Assembly (NCBI GenBank): GCA_030390025.1
Contig: CM059431.1
Location: 122,142,001 to 122,206,000, forward strand
Source: Squalus acanthias
Taxonomy: Eukaryota
DNA length: 64,000 nucleotides
Direction of reading: 5' to 3'
Part shown: piece by piece, positions 11,003 to 23,655 of the stretch
Position numbering within the stretch: position 1 is the stretch's first letter
Layout: each line of letters starts with the position of its first letter
Notes under the pieces: generated by a model
Databases searched by the model: none
Told to the model about the DNA's origin: nothing
What the model saw: only the letters and a program-made list of their open reading frames with translations
Translations under genes and position numbers: made by a program

Positions 11003-12336
11003 AAGAAGATGGTTGTGGTGGTTGGAGGCCGATCATCTCAGTCCCAGGACATCGCTGCAGGAGTACCTCAGGGCAGTGTCCTAGGCCCAACCAATTTCAG
11101 CTGCTTCATCAAATAACTTCCCTCCAGCATAAGTCAGAAGTGGGGATGTTCGCTGATGACTGCACAGTGTTCAGTGCCATTCGCAACTCCTCAGATAATG
11201 AAGCAGTCCATGCCCCCATGCAGCAAGACCTGGACGACATTCAGACTTGGGCTGATAAGTGGCAGGTAACATTCACGCCACACTCGTGCCAGGCAATGAC
11301 TATCTCCAACAAGCGAGTGTCTAACCATCACCCCTTGACATTCAATGGCATTACCATCACGGAGTCCCCCACCATCAATATCCTGGGGGTCACCATTGAC
11401 CAGAAACTTACCTGGACCAGCCACATAAATATTGTGTCTACAAGGGCAGGTCAGAGGCTGGGTATTCTGCGGCGAGTGTCTCACCTCCTGACTCCCCAAA
11501 GCCTTTCCACCATCTACAAGGCACAAGTCAGGAGTGTGATGGAATACTCTCCACTTGCCTGGATGAGTGTAGCTCCAACAACACTCAAGAAGCTCGACAC
11601 CATCCAAGTCAAAGCAGCCCACTTGATTGGCACCCCATCCACCACCTTAAACATTCACTCTCTCCACCACTGGCGCACCGTGACTGCAGTGTGTACTATC
11701 TACAAGATGCACTGCAGTAACTCGCCAAGGCTTCTTCGGCAGCACCTCCCAAACCCGCGACCTCTACCACTTACGAAGGACAAGGGCAGCAGGCGCATGG
11801 GAACGCCACCACCTCCAATTTCCCCTCCAAGTCACACACCATCCTGACTTGGAAGTATATCGCCATTCCTTCATCATTGCTGGGTCAAAATCCTGGAACT
11901 CTCTCCCTAACAGCACAGTGGGAGTACCTTCACCACACGGACTGCAGCGTTTCAAGAAGGCGGCTCACCACCACCTTCTCAAGGGCAACTAGGGATGGGC
12001 AATAAATGCTGGCCTTGCCAACAATGCCCACATCCCATAGAAACATAGAAACATAGAATCTAGGAGCAGGAGTAGGCCATTCGGCCCGTCGAGCCTGCTC
12101 CACCATTCAATACGATCATGGCTGATCATCCAAATCCAGTACCCTGTCCCTGCTTTAATCCCCACAGTACACATATCCCACCCTACCCCCGTAACCCCAC
12201 GTATTTAATTCCCCCTAACATATCCCATCCTATCCCCATAACCCCACATATTTAATCCCCCCCTAACACTAAGGGTCAATTTTTATCATAGCCAAATCAA
12301 CCTAACCTGCACATTTTTGAACGAATAAAAAAAAAA
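11003..12336 (+). mobile_element. LINE family A, 5'-truncated, RT C-terminal half
   Basis: [10 protein letters not shown] and MFADDCTVF (ORF 11140-11847), 3' UTR, A-tail at 12327-12336. Confidence 0.93.
12039..12317 (-). mobile_element. HE1-like SINE 3' part with CR1-derived tail, inserted in the LINE A tail
   Basis: Minus strand reads ATGTGCAGGTTAGGTTGA...GGCCGAATGGCCTACTCCTGCTCCT...(CTATGTTT)n. It interrupts the LINE tail CCCACATCCCAT/GAACGAATAAAA. Confidence 0.72.
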
Positions 12337-12974
12337 TCTCAGCTCCTCTATCACTGATACCCTTACCCATGATTTTGTCACCTCTATTATTTCAATGTTT
12401 TCCTTTCTGCCCTTCCATCCTCACCTTCCACAAACTTCAACTTGTCCAAAATTCAGGCTTCTGTATCTTGCACTAAGTCCCTTTTGCCCATCACCCAATC
12501 CTTGCTGATCTTCAATTGCTCCCATACCAATGTAGATTTGAACCTCTCATCTTCATCTTCACATCCTTCCACAATCTTACCCAATCATACCTCTGCCATC
12601 TCCTCCAGGCTTATATCATCCCACCAGCTTTTGCTTATCTGACTCTTGCTTTTTTGTGTGTATCCTCCCTTTGTCTCTCCATTAGTGGCAGACCCTCCAG
12701 ATGCCTTAGTCCCATTCTCTGCAATTGCTTATCTTAACCCTACCATTTTTCCACTTCCCTCTCCTTCTTTATAAGCTTTGTTAAAACCCATCTTTGTCAC
12801 TCGTCCCCCTCCTAATATTTCCCTCCATGACTTGATGCCGATTTCCCTGCCTATTTCCATTTTTGAACACCTTACAATGATAATACACCAAAGGTGCTAT
12901 ATAAATGCAAGTTATTGTGACAGTAGGATGGTAGTGCTCATCTCTCATAACATTAAAGAGTCAAAAAGAGTTTA

Positions 12975-13200
12975 AGTCACATACCATCCTGACCTGGAAA
13001 TATATCGCTGTTCCTTCATTGTCGCTGGGTCAAAATCCTGGAACTCCCTCCCAAACAGCACTGTGGGAGTACCTTCACCACACGGACTGCAGCGGTTGAA
13101 GAAGGCGGCTCACCACCACCTTCTCAATGGCAATTAAGGATGGGCAATAAATGCTGGCCTTGCCAGCGATTCCCACATCCCAGGAACAAATAAAATAAAT
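12975..13200 (+). mobile_element. LINE family A short 3' end
   Basis: Closely matches 11830-12036. Confidence 0.9.
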
Positions 13201-14739
13201 TGGGATCCCAGGAGATCTAATCAATTGCCTGGACACTTTCAAAATGTGTTTTTTTACGAGCTCAAGTTATATTACATCTGGTGCAAAGCCCAAGTGAGCA
13301 AGATTACCGATCAGAGATGGCCTCATACCTTGCTTTAACATGTTTAGGAATCAAATAGCTCACCTGACTCCCAAGTTGCATTGCCACTTTCTCATTGATC
13401 TGGACCTGAAAGCACTTCACATTAATGTGGAAGTGGTAATATAATGGTACCCTTACCTTAGTCAACAGTGTAGGAGGTGTTAAATTCTCCTTCAAATGCA
13501 CTTTCGATCACACAAAAATACGGGAAATGACAACTTGGCTTATTTTAACAATTTCTGCCTTTAATTCATCATCTGATTGGCACTCTAATAATTCTGCACT
13601 AATGCATTAAGGTTAGCTTTAAATCTGTATTAAAATTGGCAGCCGAAAAGGGGTGATTTGGTAAAGCAGTGCCCCCAATTAGCAGCAGTGCTTTCAAAGA
13701 GTGTATCTCATTCAATTGTGGCCCACAGCCTGTGAGTTCATGATTATTCATTTTAATAGATGAAAATTCAATGGTTTTATGGCCACTATTTTCTGAGATA
13801 TTCCTTCTATGAAGGCTGCCCCCCACTGAGAGTCCTGGATTGTAGAATCATTGCTGAAGTCACGACATAACAAATGTAGATCAGGCAGTAACATTAGCAA
13901 CAGGGAAAGCCCCAGTCAGTTTGACAGTATATTTCCTAAAAACAACATTACTAATGCAGCTGATACACAATTCAGTTGAATTTTCTTACGGTCAAATCAA
14001 CTTTTTCAAAAATGATATTTTTATAGAGAATTCACCCTTCCACTGGGTTTCATTTCTTATGCATGCTCCTTTTAGTACACCCGCACAGCATTTGCATAAA
14101 TTCCTGCCTGCACAGACTTATCACAGACATCAATGATTTATCTTAAGCTGGTCCTTTAAAAAAATGCAGGCCGGAATTCATGTAAGTGCTTCAGCAGGTG
14201 CGCTGAACGTAGTGAACAGAGGGAATTAAAACCACTAGTATTATTAATAAATGTATGTGGTGGCTTAGAGCAATACTGCTCTTGAATCTTATGCTTTCCA
14301 TCTGTACTGTCTGGGAATAAAGCATCACCTGGGTAGTGTGCAGAATGGAAAATCAGGCAGGAAGAATCACACACCCATAACAGATCCTGCCTGATGATTT
14401 CCCATCCATTTAAAGTAATAGAAGGAAAATCAAGCGGGCTCTGTTACTGACATGCAATTGTCACTGCCTGATTTTTCTCCCCACATCCTACCCTGGCAAT
14501 AATTCAAACTCAGGTGGTACAGGCAAAAATCTACCCCACTACGATTATTTAAATAAGGAAAACCAGCCAAAGCAATCTTCATCAGAAATTGAGACACACC
14601 TTCAACAATACCTGTTGCTTAAATTAGCAGCTTTTATTTTTTTTTGGGGGGGGGGGAGGTGGTGGGTGCGGGGGTACATTGGCACATAATGGAGTACCAG
14701 CATACTGTGCCACAGTAGTAGAATGTCGACTTGATTCCG

Positions 14740-15305
14740 TACATAGATTTACATAGAATTTACAGCACAGAAACAGGCCATTCGGTCCAACAGGTCTATG
14801 TCGGTGTTTATGCTCCACATGAGCCTCCTCCCACCCTACTTCATCCAACCCTATCAGCATATCCTACTGTTCCTTTCTCCCTCATGTAATTATCTAGCTT
14901 CCCCTTAAATGCATCTATGCTATTCACCTCAGCTACTCCTTGTGGGAGCAAGTTTCAAATTCTAACCACTCTCTGCGTAAAGAAGTTTCTCCTGTATTCC
15001 TTATTGGATTTATTAGTGACTATCTTATATTTGTGGCCCCTAGTGTTGGACAGCCTCAGAAGTAGAAATATCTTCTCTACATCTGCCCTATCAAACCCCT
15101 TCATAATTTTAAAGACCTCGATTTGATCACCCCTCAGCCTTCGCTTTTCTAGAGAATAGAGCCCCAGCCTGTTCAGTCTTTCCTGATAGTTATAACCTTT
15201 CAGTTCTGGTATCCTTGTAAATCTTTTTTGCACCTTCTCCAGTGCCTCCATATCCTTTTTGTAATATGGAGACCAGAACTGTACACAGTACTCTAAGTGT
15301 TGGGT
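14740..15305 (-). mobile_element. CR1 LINE 3' fragment
   Basis: HLEYCVQFWSPY, LEKRRLRGD, TRGHKYK and a short tandem-repeat tail. Confidence 0.9.
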
Positions 15306-15844
15306 ACCCACCTTCACTTGTGTCATTGTGAAAATATGTTGAGCAGAGATCAGAACTTCCACTTAGAAAGACATCTCAGTGACACAGTTGTTCTCTTGTG
15401 TGGCACTTGTTGTGAGCCTTTAGAGATTCATGTACTATAATACCCAGGTCCCTTTACTGCTCAAAGGATTTTAGTTCAGAACCATGCATTGTATGCACAT
15501 GCTTGGCATTAGCACTACCATGCAGATTAACACAATTACAACTTTAGTGTCAATTTTACATTGCATTAATGGTAATTAAGCATAGACCATTGGAGTAAAG
15601 GCTAATGCCAAGCAGCCATTTAAAACCTCAGCCGTGTCCTGGGAGTACATCTGAATCTGCCTTCAGGAAATCTATGCCGTCCTTTATTGACCTCTGACTC
15701 CTATCATAATCAAAAAATGATTTTGCTGTTTCTACCGGCGTTATCCACTACTTTCTTTTCCAATGACTTTTTGGCTGCTCTGACAGCAGCTTTCATTGCC
15801 TTTAGTTGTGCTCAGTACCTATCCCTTTTCTCTTGAGAGTTATT

Positions 15845-18001
15845 GGGGGTGAAAGTCGATAAGGCCCAAAAACAGGCACGGGCACCTGCGATGCGAGATA
15901 TGCCCGCACCCATTTAGAAAGCGCAGGCAGCATATTAATTTGGTACTGCCTGCTACTTTACATGGTAGAAGCACACAGCCTAGTGACTATCACACTGCTG
16001 ACAGGCTGTGCGCTCAGCAGGGGGCCCAAGTTAGCATCGCTGTCTTTCCTTAAAGCTAGGCTGTTTGTTTTCAAGGCAGTCTCCAGTCTTTAAAGCTGAA
16101 CAGCCTTCTGAAAAAAAAAAATGAGAACTAGGCAGTCTGCAGCTCTGAAAGCTGAACTGCCTTCTGAAAGAAAATTTAAAATCCTTCAGGACTAGGCAGT
16201 CTGCACCTCTTAAAGCTGAACTGCCTTCTGCACATAAAAATGCTTCAGCACTAACACAAATGGCTCAACAGGCCAGGAAATGGGCACCCAGGGTCTCAAA
16301 TGCAGCACTTGAGCTTTGTGCAAGGGTCAACACTGGAAGAGAGGTCCTCTAACCACAGGGGGCCAGGAGACCCTCCAGAAAGAAGGATGTGGGACCAGAT
16401 CGCCGAGGCCATCACTTCCAACAGTGTCATCCCCAGGACCTGGCTCCAGTGCCCAAAGAAGTTTCATGACCTCAACGAGTGGTCAAGGTCAGTGAATGCA
16501 TCTTCAAAAGCCCTCTCCTAGCAACTACACCACTAGCCTCACACATTGCTCAATGAATAATCCCACCCCACCCCCATCACTCACCTACCAACAATGTCTA
16601 CCAAACACGAGGCACACCTCACCCCCTTGGAGGAGACGGTGCTGGCCATTCTTGGCAGGGGCATGGCTGAGCCCGTGGCCAGGGGTGGGGCTGAAAGAGT
16701 ACAAGATGCTGGTATCCTCATACGTTATCCTTCTTCTCACATCCCATTTGCCCCTCATCCCACAATATCTGCTGATGTACAAGCTGCTCATGGTGTAAGC
16801 ATGCACCTCTTGCTTTATCGACTCCCCTCACCACAACCCTACACTTGAGCCTTCCTCATTTCAGACATCCAAGAAATGCAGCCTGCCCAGGCAATGATTG
16901 ACCAAGAGGAGGGATTTGACATTCCCAGCCACCAGCTCCTTGAGATCGTCCTGCAAGGCCATCTGCAGTGTCCCCCACTGAAAGCCAGCAGCCTTCCACC
17001 AAATATGTTGCAGCCACTGAGGTAGCACTGCATGACATCACTTGGATAGGCAAAGGCAGATGCAAGACAGCTACTAAGGGAATGCACAATGGTGATTAGT
17101 TGATTTCTTGATGTCATATTGGATGCATATATGAATAAAGTTGTATTGGAAAGTTTGCTTTATGGTGGCTTTTATTTCAGCATTGAGGCCAAGAGGACGC
17201 TGTGATGGACAGTAACAGAGGGAAGGTAAGTTGTGGGACAAATGTTGAAAGGGGAATTGGGGTTGTGGTCACTGGTACCACAGGCAGATCATTTGATCCC
17301 GGCCATCCCGGCCAGAAATGGACTGCCTGGGTTGCCTCCTTCCTTCCACTTCTTCCTCTTCTGCTTTTCCCTCTTCTGCTTTTTCCTCTTCTGCTTCCTC
17401 CTCTTCCCTCTGCGAGCAGTTTGTCCCCTTTGCTGACTCTGCTTGATCTCCATGTGATGTTGCAAACCAAGGGAAAATGCAACTGGAGCCCCCAGAACTG
17501 TGAGCAAGTGGTGCTCTTAGAGGCTTTCCTTTAACTTCCAAGGCCTTGCAAGCCTTGCAGCACTCCCTGCACTCCTTGCACACTTTAACAACTTCTTAAG
17601 TGTATTGCACCAGCCACTACTCCAATAAAATGTAAAAGAAAATATCAAAAGCCAAAATCTAAACCTACCTGAAAGATGTGTGTGTCCTTTAAGAAGCACT
17701 GGCAGCGTTTGTCGTACTGTTGCACGCATGTTTTTCCATGCGTGGTTTGGAGAGGGCGGTATCCAGAACAGCGATGTCCAAGATCACAATTGTGCATCAA
17801 TTCAGGCGTTACATGCCGATTGATGTCACGATCTGTATAATTACATGTGGGCGGCGAGCGCAGGCAACGCCAGTGCTACCGACATTCCCAAAATGGCGGC
17901 TGCTGTGTTCTGCACCGGAAGTGGGCGGAAGCGAGGTGGCCACCATTTTTTCAGCAAAACCAGTGTTCACGGCCGGCGCTAGACATCCAGATTTGGCTCC
18001 C
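15845..18001 (+). mobile_element. Internally deleted Harbinger element (Myb gene remnants kept, transposase core lost)
   Basis: Degenerate TIRs GGGGGTGAAAGT / ATTTGGCTCCC, flanks ATT/AGT. Myb exon 1 relic RRMWDQIAEAITSNSVIPRTWLQCPKKFHDL, exon 2 relic LTPLEETVLAILG. Homologous to 33655-35684 in reverse orientation. Confidence 0.85.
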
Positions 18002-18529
18002 AGTTTCTTTCAGTGTGCCAAAGTATTTTTGCTGAACTCTGATTTTTCCTTGCACATCACCAGTTAACCACTTGTTTTCCTATATACCCTTTTTTGACTC
18101 TAGGGACATGCATGGCTTCCTTTTGCGTCAGAATGATCTAAAGGTATTCCAACTTTCTCCCGTGTTGGTAATTTCCCTGTTTAGTAGGGTTTCCCAATTG
18201 TCCCAATTCAAATCCCCTGCCATTTTTTTTTACAAATATAGCCCTCTTGAAATCTGGAACTAGCATTACATTTGCAACAACTTTGGTTTGACTGATCAAG
18301 TTGAATCCAATTATATTGTTGCCCAGGTGTTTCCCCACATAGTGGCAGATAGCATATGGCCTGAATGACCAAGGTAACTCGGCAGAAAATAGAGGTATTT
18401 CAAAGCCATACATTAAAAATTCTAACCTTTTATGAATATAGTTAATAGTTTGTAGTTTTAATGTGTTACTGTGGTCACACTGGGAGATGGGAGAGTCACT
18501 GATAGGTGAAACCTTTTAAAAACATATGC

Positions 18530-18880
18530 TGAACTTGGCATGGTAATGGGTTATAGAGTCACAGAAGGCTTCAGGGTCAATCTCTGAGCTGTGCTGAGTT
18601 AGCCATTCCCTACGGGGGGAGGTAGTGGGGTGCAATAATTCACCTCAGTGTCTTTGGGCTGGGGATGAAAAAGCAGTCACCCCAGGGCTTTCACTCCTGA
18701 CAGATCTTTAGTGAACCTGTTGGAAAGCGATTGTACTTAACTGTGATAGCCCCTCCCCAGTCAGCAGGCACTATCTAGACTACTGGGTGAGGCACAGAAG
18801 GACTGTTAGTACCTGTGGAGCTGTACACCCACAAGGCCATCGCCTTCAGGGGAGGAGGGGATTCATTGGGAGAAGCTTGG
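18530..18880 (+). repeat. Degenerate SINE-like repeat
   Basis: Resembles from recall an old shark SINE (CTGTGCTGAGTTAGC...CCTCAGTG...CACTCCTGA). Not verifiable within the window. Confidence 0.35.
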
Positions 18881-19609
18881 AAAACATATAGGGTACCTTT
18901 TCATTTTTGCAACCCTTCGCACTGAACTTCATACCCTGGAAGTGCATGTTGAGAATTTGGCTCACACCCAATTCATGGGCCCACAATTTTCCTTAATTTT
19001 AATGGAAAATCAATCAGGAGCACAAGAATTGGGCACATGTCAGAATTCCTCAACCGCACTCCCAATGTGTGAAGCTCTGTGCCAGGAGCATCAAAGATGG
19101 AAATTTACCCAATAATTTTAACATCGATCTTTAGACTAAGTACTGTCTATGTGAAGACAATTCCTAAAATTATAAAATGAGTAAGTGGAATCCTCTATTT
19201 TTGAAATGTAATGCAATCAGAATTTAGTCAAACTGATGATATATAGATTTGAGAAGCATTTGACGAGCTGTTTATCGATTATTACAGAAGCCATGTTTCA
19301 TCCTTAGCAATGTAGGTAGTTAGATCCCATAGGTGGGTGGAATAGCAAGTAGGAAAGGCTTACTTGGTATCAATGGTTAACTTCTTACTATTAAACGTTT
19401 CCTTAACTTCTAGATATTTGAAGCCCCTGCTGTTTTTTTTCTGATTTCCACAATTTACGGATTTGTGATGAGCATACCTGCAAGATACACATTTTGCTAA
19501 TGTAGTCTAAGATACAACTTTTAATTAAGTAGATCTTGGTGTTTATTGCTGACAAAGTGATACTGCTGTGTGCAGCATGCACTATTGAATCTATCTACTT
19601 GTAAAACAG

Positions 19610-19748
19610 TTTGGATTACCATGAATCTATCAACTGGTATCATGTTTCCCAATTTGGCATACTGTTTAATCACGATTTGGAAAAAACAAGTTATGAAACT
19701 TTCTGTTACTTAACTGGAATTAGAAAAGCATATCAGGATGTATTTTCT
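19610..19748 (+). other. Candidate internal exon of an unidentified host gene
   Basis: ACAG acceptor at 19606-19609, GTGAGT donor at 19749, one open frame (LDYHESINWYHVSQFGILFNHDLEKTSYETFCYLTGIRKAYQDVFS) in non-repeat DNA. Weak pyrimidine tract, protein not recognised. Confidence 0.3.
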
Positions 19749-19920
19749 GTGAGTGATGCTCCCTGCTTTGAACAAAGGAGTGTAGTATTGGCCCTAAAAT
19801 GCGTACAAGGTTCCAATAGTTCCTGAAAAATATGTAAGAGGCCTCTCTATAATCTCAGCAGCACTCCACTCACCCAGTATTAGTTTAATGGCTGCTGATA
19901 GGGAGACCCTAATAAACAAA

Positions 19921-20108
19921 ATCTTAGACATTCATCTTGGGCGGTGGCACACCACAGGCGGTATTGGATCGGTCGCCTATTATACGCAGTGCTTGATATT
20001 CAGTTCCATTGCAGTCAATGGAACTAAGATTCAGGCGTTGCACATAAAGGGCAGCCGATCCAATAATGCCCATATTGTGCCACTGCCTGAGATGAATTTC
20101 TTGCCCCC
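19921..20108. mobile_element. Short palindromic MITE
   Basis: Fold-back centred on AGTTCCATTGCAGTCAATGGAACT, arms ATTGGATCGG / CCGATCCAAT, right end AATTTCTTGCCCCC. Confidence 0.75.
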
Positions 20109-20278
20109 ATGTCTATTTCTCTCCCTGGCTATCTTCCTCCTTACCTTCCACTCCTCCTCCTCCCTATTCCCTGTCACTGGATGCTGGCACCTGCAGTTCA
20201 GGTCAGACTTCCCAGCAGCACAACTTGAGGGAGATGCCTGGAGTGCCAAAAAATAGTCAGATGAATTCATCTTGCATT

Positions 20279-23200
20279 ACTGGATAGCGTCAGTTCATTA
20301 GCTCGGAAATAAATTAAAAAGCAGGACCTCAAATGTGGTAATCTCAGGATTACTCCCAGTGCCACGTGCTAGCGAGAGCAGAAATAGGAGAATAGACCAG
20401 ATGAATGCATGGCTGGAGAGATGGTGTAGGAGGGAGGGATTTAAATTCCTGAGGCATTGGGACCGATTTTGGGAAAGGTGGGACCTGTACAAGCTGGACG
20501 GATTACACCTCTGCAGAACCGGGACCAATATCCTCGCAGGGGGGTTTGCTAGTGCTGTTGGGAAGGATTTAAACTAGTTTGTTAGGGGGCTGGGAACCTA
20601 AGTGTGGGCCCAGAATGGAGAGAAACAAAGCTGAAAGTGCAAGTTAGAAAAGTAGTCAGCAAAGCTAGAAGGGAGCAGAAACAAAGGCCAACAGTAAAGA
20701 GGGTCAAAGTGCAGAAAAATACTAAACAGGCAAAGTTGAAGGCACTTTATCTAAATGCACGTAGCATTCGCGATATGGTGGATGAATTAATAGCACTAAT
20801 AGAAGTAAATGGGTATGATGTAATTACCATTACAGAGACATGGTTGCAGGGTAACCAAAGCTGGGAACTGAATGTTCCAGGGTACTCAACATTCAGGAAG
20901 GACAGACAAAAAGGAAAAGGAGGTGGCGTAGCGCTGTTAATAAGGGATGAGATCGGTATGGTAGAGATAAAAGATCTTGGCTCGGCAGATCGTGATCTAG
21001 AACTGGAATCAGTTTGGGTGGAGCTAAGAAAGAGAAAAGGGCGGAAAACATTGGTGGGAGTTGTGTATAGACCACCAAACAGTGGTGGTAATGTAGGGCA
21101 CAGTATCAATCAAGAAATTAGAAGTGCATGTAACAAGGGCAATACGGTAATCATGGGGGACTTTAATCTACATATTGACTGGGCAAATCAAATTACCACT
21201 AATGGTGTGGAGGACGAATTTTTGGAATGCATGCGAGATGGTTTCCTGGATCAGTATGTGGAGGAACCAGCCAGGGAACAGGCTATTCTGGATCTGGTAC
21301 TGTGTAATGAGAAAGGGCTAATCAATAATCTTGTGGTAAAGGGACCTTTAGGGACAAGTGACCATAATATGATTGAATTTTACATTATGTTTGAGAGTGA
21401 TGTAGTCCAATCTGAAACTAAGGTCTTCAATCTAAACAGAGGAAACTACAAGGGTATGAGGGACTAGTTGGCCATGGTAGATTGGGAGGCTACACTAAAA
21501 GGTATGAAGGTGGACATAAAATGGCTAACATTCAAGGAAATAATGCATAATTTGCAACAAACATATATTCCTCTAGGGCATAAAAACCCAAAAGGAAAAG
21601 TGATCCAACCATGGCTAACAAAAGAAATTAAAGCTCGTATTAAGTCAAAGGAGGAAGCTCATAAAGTTGCCAGAAAAAGCGGCCAGTCTGAGGATTGGGA
21701 TCTTTTTAGAAATCAGCAAAGGGGAACCAAGAAATTGATAAAGAAAGGGAAAATGGATTATGAGCACAAACTAGCGAAAAATATAAAAACAGATTGTAAA
21801 AGCTTCTATAGGTATGTGAAAAGAAAAAGACTGGTGAAGTTAAATGTAGGTCCTTTACAGTCAGAGATGGGAGAATTTATAATGGGGAATGAGGAAATGG
21901 CTGAGAAATTAAATAAATACTTTGTTTCTGTCTTCACGGAGGAAGACACAAAAAAACTCCCAGAAATACGAGAAAACCAAGGGTGTGGCAAGAATGAGGA
22001 ACTTAAAGAAATTATTATTAGTAAAAAAACAGTACTAGCAAAATTAATGGGACTAAAAGTCGGTAAATCCCGGGTATGGACCAGATGACCTACATCCTCG
22101 GGTTTTGAAAGAGGTGGCCATTGGGATAGTGGACGCATTGGTTGTCAACTTCCAAAATTCTATAGATTCTGGAACGGTTCCTGCAGATTGGAGGATAGCA
22201 AATGTAACCCCACTATTTAAGAAAGGAGGGAGAGAGAAAACGGGGAACTGCAGACCTGTTAGCCTCACATCAGTAGATGGGAAAATGCTGGAATCTATTA
22301 TAAAGGATGCAATAACTGGGCACTTAGAAACTAATAGTAAGATTGGACAGAGTTAGCATGGATTTATGAAAGGGAAATCCTGTTTAACAAACCTATTGAA
22401 GTTATTTAAGGACGTAACTAGTGGAGTAGACAAAGGGGAACTGGTAGATGTGGCGTATTTGGATTTTCAGAAGGCCTTCGATAAGGTCGCACACAAGAGG
22501 TTGGTGAACAAAATTAGGGCACATGGAATTGGGGTAATATACTAGCATGGATTGAGAATTGGTTAACAGACAGAAAACAAAGAGTAGGGATAAATGGGTC
22601 TTTTTCAGGATGGCAGGCTGTGACTAGTGGGGTACCGCAAGGATCAGTGCTTGGGCCCCAGCTATTCACAATCTATATCAATGATTTGGATGAGGTGACT
22701 AAATGTAACATTTCCAAATTTGCTGATGATACAAAGCTAGGTGGCAGTGTTAGTTGTGAAGAGGATGTGAAGAGGCATCAAGGGGACTCGTCAGGCTCAG
22801 TGAGTGGGCGAGAACATGGCAGATGGAATATAATGTGGATAAATGCAAAGTTATCCACTTTGGTAGAAAAAACAGAAAGGCAGAGTATTTCCTAAATGGT
22901 GAAAGATTGAGGAATGCAGATGCTCAAAGGGACCTGGGTGTCCTTGTACATGAGTCACTGAGAGTGAATGTGCAGGTGCAGCAAGCCATTAGGAAGGCAC
23001 ATGGTATGCTTGCCTTCATTACAAGAGGATTTGAGTACAGGAGTAAAGAAGTCTTACTCCAATTATATAGGGCCTTGGTGAGACCACACCTGGAGTACTG
23101 TGTACAATTTTGTTGTCCTTACCTAAGGAAGGATATACTTGCCATAAAGAGAGTGCAACGAAGGTTTACGAGATTGATTCCTGGGATGGCAGGACTGTCG

Positions 23201-23655
23201 TATGAGAAGAGTTTGAATAAACTAGGCATGTGCTCTCTTTGAATTCAGAATAATGAGAGGGGATCTCATTGAAGCACACAAAATTATTATAGGGCTTGAT
23301 AGGGTGGATGCTAGGAGAATGTTTCCCTTGGCTGGGGAGTCCAGAACCAGGGGCCACAGTCTCAGGATAAAAGTTAGGCCATGCAGGACTGAGATGAGAA
23401 GAAATTTCTTACACAGAGGGTGGTGAATCTTTGGAATTCTCTACCCCAGAGGACTGTGGAGGCTCAGTCATTGGGTATATTCAAAACAGAAGTTGATAGA
23501 TTTCTGACTAGTAAGGGCATCAAGGGATATGGCGAGAGGGCCGGTGAATGGAGTTGAGGCAGAAGATCAGCCATGATCTCATTGAATGGCGGAGCAGGCT
23601 CGAAGGGCCGAATGGCCTACTCCTGCTCCTATTTTTTACGTTCTTATGTTCTTAT
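20279..23655 (+). mobile_element. CR1 LINE: end of ORF1 (SGNH esterase-like) plus full-length disrupted ORF2 (APE + RT)
   Basis: ORF1 tail DGLHL. APE motifs YLNARSI, ITETW, VYRPP, GDFN, SDH. RT motifs [10 protein letters not shown] and KFADDTKL. (TTCTTATG)n tail. Probable TSD TCTTGCATT (20270-20278, 23656-23664). Confidence 0.95.

Larger units (their letters stand above)
10850..12920 (+). mobile_element. Old L2-like LINE 3' portion, split by the 11003-12336 insertion
   Basis: LFDSELSFK..., HLHNI and HKLQLVQN remnants on both sides of the insertion. Tail AAAGGTGCTATATAAATGCAAGTTATTG near 12890-12918. Confidence 0.7.
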
